From assembly GCA_963718915.1 (NCBI GenBank), contig CAVRAI010000015.1:930001-962000 (forward strand): a stretch of DNA of 32,000 bases, written 5' to 3'. Position 1 is the stretch's first letter. Every line of letters begins with the position of its first letter. Shown piece after piece: positions 26,118 to 32,000 of the stretch. The translations under genes were made by a program, and so were the position numbers. A model generated the notes under the pieces. The model searched no databases and was not told where the DNA came from. It saw nothing but the letters and a program-made list of their open reading frames with translations. This DNA is from an uncultured Chloroflexia bacterium (lineage in GTDB: Bacteria > Chloroflexota > Ktedonobacteria > Ktedonobacterales > JADMIN01).

Positions 26118-26142
26118 CTCGCCACTGTCTCGCCACTGTCTC
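26118..26142. repeat. 11-bp tandem direct repeat ctcgccactgt x2 plus a partial third unit (minus strand ACAGTGGCGAG ACAGTGGCGAG GCAGT)
   Basis: Read directly: 26118-26128, 26129-26139, then ctc. With the flanking actgc at 26113-26117 this gives three (A/G)CAGT pentads spaced 11 bp apart. It lies between the SARP stop (26152) and kinase ATG 26089. Confidence 0.85.
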
Positions 26143-26151
26143 TTGATAGCA

Positions 26152-27756
26152 TCACATGCACGACTGACGTATGAAACGCTCGACCTCGTCCCGAAGCGTT
26201 TGCGTGTCGCCGACCCACCACCAGTGGTCGTCGCCAGGCAGTTCGACATAGCGTGCCTGTGGGATATGACTGGCAAGATATCGTCCAGCCTCCACTGGGA
26301 CGCTCCTGTCACCACGGCGATGGAGAATCAGTGTGGGAACATGGAGGTATGGCAGTTCGGATCGAACGTCAGTGTCTCGAATGCCCTCCAGAATGGCTTG
26401 CACCGCGCCGGGACTTGCGGCCAGACGTTGTGTCTGCGCCCACCACTGGCGAAATCGTTCATCGTGCGCTCGCGTCGGCGAAAAGTACTCCAGATTAACT
26501 GGCCCGCCCCAGCCTTTCACTAACTTCTCCACCCAGCGCTGAAACTGATCCGCCGTCACCCCCCACGGATAGTCGACGCTAAAAGAGCCTTTCGCCTGAC
26601 CGCCGTATATCACCAGACCCGCGACATGCTCAGGGCGCCGTACCGCGGTGATGATGCCGACGGTTGCCCCTTCGGAGACAGCAAATACAACCACACGCGA
26701 TGCTCCCACCGCCCTCATGACTGCCTGCGCATCATCGACGTGTTGAGCGGATGTGACTGGCGCACGGACTCGATCAGATAAGCCCATCCCTCGCTTATCA
26801 TAAACGATAATGCGTGCGAATTTCCCAAGCTGGTGATAGAAGCGCGCGAGCTCCGGCTCCTCCCAGAGCTGCTCGATATGCGAGATGAATCCGCCAATAT
26901 GCAAGAGATCAATCGGGCCTTCTCCTATGGTCTGGTAGGCTAAATAAGCATCTCCACTCCGAACGTACTGCGTCTGAGATCGGGTTGGCGTCTGGTAGGA
27001 CGGAGCCTCAATCGTGCGATAGAGATTCTCTGTCTCCTCGCCTGGCTGCACGCCCAGGAGTTCGGCGAGCATGCGCCTGCATGTCTCGTACTGGCGTCTG
27101 GCTGCGGCAAATTGACCACCCATTGCATACAACCTGATTAGGGCGCGATGGGCCGGTTCGTGGTCAGGTTCACGGCTGAGCCAGAGTCGCGCCATCTCAA
27201 TACCGTGCTCCCAGTCGCCGAGGCGCTCATAGGAGGCGGTAAGCAATGCCAGGATGCGTAGATACTCCGCGCGCAATTCTTCCCGCGCGAAAAACTGCCA
27301 CTCATCGAACATCGGGCAGCCGGGCAGTGAGAATCCCGCCAGGAAATCGTCGGTGTAGAAAGTGATGGCCTCTCGCATAGTAGCGAGGCAGGAAGCTATT
27401 GGAGCATTCGGCGGATGCTCGTGATCTGCGCATAGGCGCGCCATATTCAGGAAATGCTGGGTATCTCGCCAGACAGCGACATCATGACGGAGACTCACCG
27501 TGCGCGGCGTAATATCCAGGAGATTCTCGCCAACGTCGGACTTGAGTTGATACAGGGTACGTCGCAACGCGCCAAAAGCCCCACTTTGATCCAACTCTGG
27601 CCAGAACAGCGTCGCAAGCGCCATGCGGGTGTGTTCGCGAGACGTTTCGGCGAGATAAATCAGGAGAGCCATCTCCTTCTGCAAGCGCATCGTGATGGGG
27701 CGCCCGGCGTATTCGACCCGTGGTGATCCAAGCAGGTACAGTGAGATTTGGCTCAA
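26152..27756 (-). CDS. SARP-family transcriptional regulator (OmpR-type winged helix plus BTAD) fused to a C-terminal alpha/beta-hydrolase domain
   Basis: 534 aa, TTG start after GGAGGT-N8. ISLYLLGSPRVEYAGRPITMRLQKEMALLIYLA...; BTAD FAREELRAEYLRILALL...AHRALIRLYAMGGQFAAARRQYETCRRMLAELLGVQPGEET. Then YVRSGDAYLAYQTIGEGPIDLLHIGGFISH...YDKRGMGLSDR...FAVSEGA...HRRGDRSVP...PGDDHWWW, an apparently intact Ser/Asp/His triad. Confidence 0.8.
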   Translation of the reverse strand: MSQISLYLLGSPRVEYAGRPITMRLQKEMALLIYLAETSREHTRMALATLFWPELDQSGAFGALRRTLYQLKSDVGENLLDITPRTVSLRHDVAVWRDTQHFLNMARLCADHEHPPNAPIASCLATMREAITFYTDDFLAGFSLPGCPMFDEWQFFAREELRAEYLRILALLTASYERLGDWEHGIEMARLWLSREPDHEPAHRALIRLYAMGGQFAAARRQYETCRRMLAELLGVQPGEETENLYRTIEAPSYQTPTRSQTQYVRSGDAYLAYQTIGEGPIDLLHIGGFISHIEQLWEEPELARFYHQLGKFARIIVYDKRGMGLSDRVRAPVTSAQHVDDAQAVMRAVGASRVVVFAVSEGATVGIITAVRRPEHVAGLVIYGGQAKGSFSVDYPWGVTADQFQRWVEKLVKGWGGPVNLEYFSPTRAHDERFRQWWAQTQRLAASPGAVQAILEGIRDTDVRSELPYLHVPTLILHRRGDRSVPVEAGRYLASHIPQARYVELPGDDHWWWVGDTQTLRDEVERFIRQSCM

Positions 27757-27936
27757 CGCTGGCTACCTCCATACATGAGCTTTCCGCGGCCATCCACGGC
27801 AATATAGACCTTCCACGCTCACGGTACGCCATGTTGACGATGATATGGACGCCTCTGTGGACGTTGCGCAAACGCCCCATAAGTATAGTCCTCTCCGAAG
27901 GCAGTTGTTCTACACCAATGCCATCGGAGGCATCCC

Positions 27937-28729
27937 ATGAAACATCTTTCGACACTCATCGTCGGCATCATCAGTTACGTGCTGTTTCTGGTCGCGGCGC
28001 TCTATGGGGTGTCATTTACGTTAGGAGGTTTACTCCCTGATCCTATCTCCATTCCCCATGCCCCACCTGTTCTCGCGTCTGCTGGTGGATGTGGGCCTCA
28101 TACTCATCTTTGGTATCCAGCATAGCGTCATGGCGCGCTCAGGCTGGAAGGAGCGATGGACAACAATTATACCGCCTGCTCTGGAGCGCAGCCTCTACGT
28201 GCTGGTTGCCAGTTGCATCCTGTTGGTCATGTTCTGGTGCTGGCAGCCGATTTCCGGTGTCATCTGGCAGATCAACGAATCGCCAATCCGCGTCATTGTC
28301 TATGGCATATGCCTGGCAGGCTGGGTCATCGTCGTGTTGTCTACATTCCAAATCGACCATTTCGAGTTATTTGGCCTGCGTCAAATGTGGCAGGCTCTGC
28401 GCCACCAGTCCCCGAGGCCAGCGGAGTTCAAACGCCCGTTCCTCTACCGTATCGTGCGTCACCCTATGATGGTCGGATTCCTGCTGGCATTCTGGGCCAC
28501 CCCTACCATGACCGTTGACCGGCTCATCTTTACCCTGGGAATGACGATCTATATCCTGGTCGGAATTTCTTTTGAGGAGCGCGCGTTGCGGCGGCAATTT
28601 GGCAAGACCTATGAGAAGTACCAGGCCGAAGTTCCTCAGTTGATACCATTGCCGCGAAAACTCCACAGCTTCATCTGGACAAAACTGAGATATGCCAGTA
28701 CAGGCTCGGCGACCACTACTCAACGTTGA
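27937..28729 (+). pseudogene. Membrane methyltransferase of the ICMT/PEMT-like family (MddA-type methanethiol S-methyltransferase-like), split by a 1-nt frame shift in a C-run near 28060-28067
   Basis: Track ORFs 27937..28125 and 28058..28729. ATG 27937 has GGAGG-N6, and MKHLSTLIVGIISYVLFLVAALYGVSFTLGGLLPDPISIPHAP looks like the family's first TM. The next frame continues LFSRLLVDVGLILIFGIQHSVMAR...FQIDHFELFGLRQ...VRHPMMVGFLLAFW...FEERALRRQFGKTYEKYQAEVP (RHPxxxG and EE..L ICMT hallmarks). ATG 28058 has no Shine-Dalgarno. Confidence 0.75.
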
Positions 28730-28768
28730 TTTGGTACGAGTATGGTCGCATGTGTTCATGCGTCCAGG

Positions 28769-29413
28769 CTAGCGCGGCAACTCAGATAGATGGCTGACGA
28801 CATTGATATGGCGCACCAGCGAGAGCTGCCGCCCGTCGGCGGTTATGCGCCAGTCCAGCACACTGTAGCTGGCAGGATCGATCCAGAAACGGCGAGCGCC
28901 GCTCAATGGCAGACCGAGCGCGGCGCAGAGCAACACCTTGATTGGCCCGACGTGCGCGACCAGCGCCACCGTCTCGCCCGCGTGTCGCTGCGCCAACTCG
29001 CAGACGCATGCCACGACGCGCTGGCGAACCGCACTTAGCGCCTCACCCGATGGAGGGGCGATCCGCTGCCCAGCGGACCATGCGGCGAACCGTTTGGGAT
29101 CGCGCTGGCGCGCCTCGTCTGCGGTGAGCCTTTCCCACGCGCCGTAGGACTGCTCGCGCAAGTCCGGCTGGATGTCTACCGTCAGATGCGCCCGCGTCGC
29201 GATGGCATCGGCGGTTGCTCTGGCGCGCGCCAGCGGACTGGAATAGATGGCAGCAGGGGCAAGCGGGTAGAGCGCATCCGCCAGCAACCGAGCCTGCGCT
29301 ATGCCATGTGGGGTCAGCGGGACATCGCTCGATCCATTGAAGCGAAACTCAAGGCTGCCCTCGGCTGCTCCGTGCCGCGCCAGAATCAGGCGCACCATGG
29401 GTGTCGTGCTCAT
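28769..29413 (-). CDS. Histidine phosphatase family protein (phosphoglycerate-mutase/CobC-like)
   Basis: MSTTPMVRLILARHGAAEG (RHG motif)...SSPLARARATA...ALVAHVGPIK. ATG 29413 overlaps the upstream stop as ATGA; the 67-codon track extension is rejected. Confidence 0.85.
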   Translation of the reverse strand: MSTTPMVRLILARHGAAEGSLEFRFNGSSDVPLTPHGIAQARLLADALYPLAPAAIYSSPLARARATADAIATRAHLTVDIQPDLREQSYGAWERLTADEARQRDPKRFAAWSAGQRIAPPSGEALSAVRQRVVACVCELAQRHAGETVALVAHVGPIKVLLCAALGLPLSGARRFWIDPASYSVLDWRITADGRQLSLVRHINVVSHLSELPR

Positions 29414-30414
29414 GTGGTGAATAGCTTGCTGATTGCCAGGCTGCGGCGAATGTGCCGCTTGCCAGTACCCAGAGTCCACGAGCCGATGTCGTCGTCGTCC
29501 AAACGTCTCAGCGCCAGTAACGCGGCGCCCACCTCCGGTGAATGTAGCGGCGGGCGAAATGTCGCGTGTGGCGCCGTCTGCTTGATGATCCGGTGGAACG
29601 GGTCGGTGACCCACGGCTCAGCCTTGAAGACGCTGCCGACGGTCGAGATGGGAAACGTATCCTTCTGCATTTCGAGCATGCGGATGATGGCCGCCGCGCT
29701 CTCACCCAGACGAACGCCTGCCTGGGCAAAGATGCTCTGTGCGACGGGATCGCCCTGCTCCGCGACCTCCCACACTCTCTCGGCGAAACTGGCAATCTCG
29801 AACTTGCCGAATGGCGTGCTATCTACCAGTCGACGCATCTCCTCGGCGTTATCCACACCATAGTTAACCTGCATCTCGCGTACCAGCGCCGACGGCTCTT
29901 CGCGCCCGTCGAGCATACGCATCGCCGCGCGAATCGCAGCCAGCCCAATCGCATAGCCACTCCCCGCGTCGCCCAGGACGTAATCCCACCCATCGGTGCG
30001 CCAGAGCTGACCACGGGCGTTCATGCCGAGACCAGTCGCGCCGGTACCCGCGATGACGACAACGCCCGGCTGGGCCTCGGTAGCTCCGGCCCACGCGCCC
30101 ACGACATCGTTCTCGATGATGGTTGGGCCGGTATAGCCCAGCGAACGTGCGGCGCGTTGTGGTACGGGCAGATCCAGGTCGGTATCGAATCCGGCGAGGC
30201 ACAGCGTAATCGCCGCAATTTGGGCAAGCGGCATGTTGGCGGCAAGCAGCGCGCCGTTGATCGCATGCGCAATATTTGTGCTGGCAGCCTCCATCCCAAC
30301 AGAACGTTGGTTGGCGGGTCCACTGGTGGCGGCGCCGACGACCCCGACATTCTCACCAAACACCGCCACGTTCGTCTTCGTTCCGCCGCCATCGACGCCT
30401 ATGACATAGCGCAT
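29410..30414 (-). CDS. BadF/BadG/BcrA/BcrD-type ATPase, N-acetylglucosamine-kinase-like
   Basis: MRYVIGVDGGGTKTNVAV...VVIAGTGATGLG...GWDYVLGDAGSGYAIG are ASKHA phosphate-binding motifs. GGGAGG lies 5 nt before ATG 30414. Confidence 0.8.
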   Translation of the reverse strand: MRYVIGVDGGGTKTNVAVFGENVGVVGAATSGPANQRSVGMEAASTNIAHAINGALLAANMPLAQIAAITLCLAGFDTDLDLPVPQRAARSLGYTGPTIIENDVVGAWAGATEAQPGVVVIAGTGATGLGMNARGQLWRTDGWDYVLGDAGSGYAIGLAAIRAAMRMLDGREEPSALVREMQVNYGVDNAEEMRRLVDSTPFGKFEIASFAERVWEVAEQGDPVAQSIFAQAGVRLGESAAAIIRMLEMQKDTFPISTVGSVFKAEPWVTDPFHRIIKQTAPHATFRPPLHSPEVGAALLALRRLDDDDIGSWTLGTGKRHIRRSLAISKLFTT

Positions 30415-30447
30415 GCCGACCTCCCGGGCATCTACCATTTCCGTCGC

Positions 30448-31359
30448 TCAATCTTCTGTTGCTGTCACCTGTCGTACCTGTATCGTTCCAGCAAATGCCT
30501 GCTGTACTACCGCTTCGATATCCTGTTCGTCCAGCGGTTGGCAACTTGCCCTTGCGGCCAGTCTGAGCAGCAGCAGGTATTCGTGGTTGCCATCGCGCCC
30601 GGTGATGGGCGACGCAAGCAGTCCGCAGGGTATCAAGCGTCTTCCATCTGTAGCGGCCGTTGCATCACCCGTCACCCACGACAGCAACTCACGCAAGACT
30701 CGCCGATGCACCGCTGGCTCACGAATGACGCCGCCGCCACGATTAGCCTCAGCGCGCCCAGCCTCGAATTGCGGCTTCACCAGCGCGACTACCCATCCTT
30801 CGGGCTTCACCAGCGTCAAGACGCGCGGCAACACCAGCCGTAACGAGATAAATGACACATCGATGACTGCGCAATCGACGAGTTCTGGCAGTGCCTCGAG
30901 ATGGCGGATGTTGGTGCGCTCCATCACTGTCACTCGCGGATCATTGCGCAACGTCCATGCCAACTGGCCATGCCCAACATCCACCGCATAGATGCGCACC
31001 GCGCCGCGCTGGAGCAGCAGATCAGTGAATCCGCCCGTCGAGGCGCCGATATCCGCACAGGTATAGCCGGTGGGGTCGAGGTGAAAGGCATCGAGCGCGC
31101 GCTCCAGTTTGAGGCCGCCTCTGCTGACAAACCGTGACTCGCTGGCGGTGGCGGCCCGCTCAATGGTGGCATCCGCGGCGATAAGCGTTCCGGCTTTTGT
31201 CACCATCTGGCCAGCGACGCGCACCTCACCCGCCATGATGAGTGCCCGCGCTCGTTCGCGGTTTGGCGCAAGCCCACGCGCCACCAGCAGCACATCCAAC
31301 CGCTCGCGCGTAGGTTTCGAACGCGCAGCATCCCAGGATTTCCGCCCCTCAGTGCCCAT
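30448..31359 (-). CDS. tlyA: TlyA-family 16S/23S rRNA (cytidine-2'-O)-methyltransferase
   Basis: 303 aa. S4-like RLDVLLVARGLAPNRERARALIMAGEVRV, FVSRGGLKLERALDAF, SAM motif DIGASTGGFTDLLLQRGA..VYAVDVG, C-terminal GRDGNHEYLLLL. Confidence 0.9.
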   Translation of the reverse strand: MGTEGRKSWDAARSKPTRERLDVLLVARGLAPNRERARALIMAGEVRVAGQMVTKAGTLIAADATIERAATASESRFVSRGGLKLERALDAFHLDPTGYTCADIGASTGGFTDLLLQRGAVRIYAVDVGHGQLAWTLRNDPRVTVMERTNIRHLEALPELVDCAVIDVSFISLRLVLPRVLTLVKPEGWVVALVKPQFEAGRAEANRGGGVIREPAVHRRVLRELLSWVTGDATAATDGRRLIPCGLLASPITGRDGNHEYLLLLRLAARASCQPLDEQDIEAVVQQAFAGTIQVRQVTATED

Positions 31360-31486
31360 TGTCTTAATCTACTCAATCCGCGATAGTTCTAAATTCAGTA
31401 ATGTGCCAGGCAAGCCGCCACACATCGTAGCGGATGGCGCTCATATCATGCGCCATTGCCCCTTTGTCACGGATTTCAGCCTGGCG

Positions 31487-31515
31487 CTATTATCACTTTC
31501 GCACATTTCGGTCAA
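31487..31515 (-). promoter_or_regulatory. Candidate promoter for the tlyA operon
   Basis: Minus strand TTGACC (31515..31510), N17, TAATAG (31492..31487), in an AT-richer 169-nt spacer ~125 nt upstream of the tlyA ATG. Confidence 0.4.
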
Positions 31516-31528
31516 TTCAGCGAATGCA

Positions 31529-31867
31529 TTATGTACGGGTGAACCAGAGGTCGGAATCCATCAGTGCGAGGTAATCACCCTCAACGATGTACAGGCCATC
31601 CTGGTAGGCTATCAGGCCATCAATATCATGCGCGATAATGCGTACCCAGAGGTCAAAGTCAGCTCGCACGGCGACCGATGGAGCTGGGTGCTGCCCACGC
31701 GCCACCTGAATCTCGCCCGCGGCAATGACCGCATGGCAGATGCCCTGCTCTCGACCAGAAAATTCATATTGCAGTACCAGTGAACGGTCGCCTGCCGCGG
31801 TAGGCTCAAAGCCTGTTTTCATGGCGAGAAGATAATCATCAATGGTCCGAATCGCCACAGCGTCCAT
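31529..31867 (-). CDS. SCP2 (sterol-carrier-protein-2-like) domain protein
   Basis: MDAVAIRTIDDYLLAMKTGFEPTAAGDRSLVLQYEFSGREQGICHAVIAAGEIQVARGQHPAPSVAVRADFDLWVRIIAHDIDGLIAYQDGLYIVEGDYLALMDSDLWF fits the ~110-aa SCP2 pattern. Start uncertain: ATG 31867 abuts GGGAGG directly, and GTG 31876 is an alternative. Confidence 0.65.
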   Translation of the reverse strand: MDAVAIRTIDDYLLAMKTGFEPTAAGDRSLVLQYEFSGREQGICHAVIAAGEIQVARGQHPAPSVAVRADFDLWVRIIAHDIDGLIAYQDGLYIVEGDYLALMDSDLWFTRT

Positions 31868-32000
31868 CCTCCCCACTGCCCTCCCGCGATCACAACGCCC
31901 GACGGCGCCACGATTGTCGCATTTCCTCATGTCTACAATAGCTGCCAGAGTTGCAAGACACATTTCCCAGAGGCGCTGGCAAGTCTGCCCTGTTTCAGTG

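Noticed and set aside
29566-30843. 425-aa plus-strand ORF
   Set aside because: It runs antisense across two different minus-strand genes (the sugar kinase and tlyA) and their intergenic gap. It has no domain signature.

Overview
High-GC (about 60-65% by eye), densely coding bacterial chromosomal segment; the gene content loosely suggests Chloroflexota or Actinomycetota, which is only a guess. No rRNA, tRNA, CRISPR array, transposase or integrase was recognised.

Gene content, left to right:
- A membrane-anchored hypothetical gene cut by the left edge.
- A minus-strand leucine-catabolism block: crotonase, methylcrotonyl-CoA carboxylase alpha and HMG-CoA lyase, with no carboxylase beta subunit.
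- A YhhQ-type queuosine-precursor transporter, a metallophosphoesterase and a sarcosine-oxidase-like flavoenzyme.
- nadK-recN, rsfS and a small membrane protein.
- A five-gene minus-strand polysaccharide locus: FemAB-like, GT4, priming phosphoglycosyl transferase, GT4 and a Wzz-like protein.
- A lower-GC gene for a TIR, transmembrane and 8-bladed beta-propeller protein.
- A DnaQ-exonuclease/GIY-YIG/UVR (Cho-like) fusion and an alpha/beta hydrolase.
- yebC-ruvC-ruvA.
- A SARP-alpha/beta-hydrolase regulator followed by a short HipA-like kinase whose 3' end overlaps a DUF3037-like gene.
- An MddA/ICMT-type membrane methyltransferase.
- A tlyA, BadF-type sugar kinase and histidine phosphatase operon, then an SCP2-domain gene.

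Best candidates for undescribed biology:
1. The SARP-hydrolase, HipA-like kinase and DUF3037 module, which has an 11-bp tandem direct repeat exactly at the regulator/kinase junction.
2. The TIR-TM-propeller receptor-like gene, bracketed by a 19/20-nt direct repeat.

Three genes (TIR-propeller, DnaQ-UvrC-like, MddA-like), and possibly a fourth, are interrupted by apparent single-base frame shifts. This points to assembly indels or real pseudogenisation and should be checked before functional interpretation.
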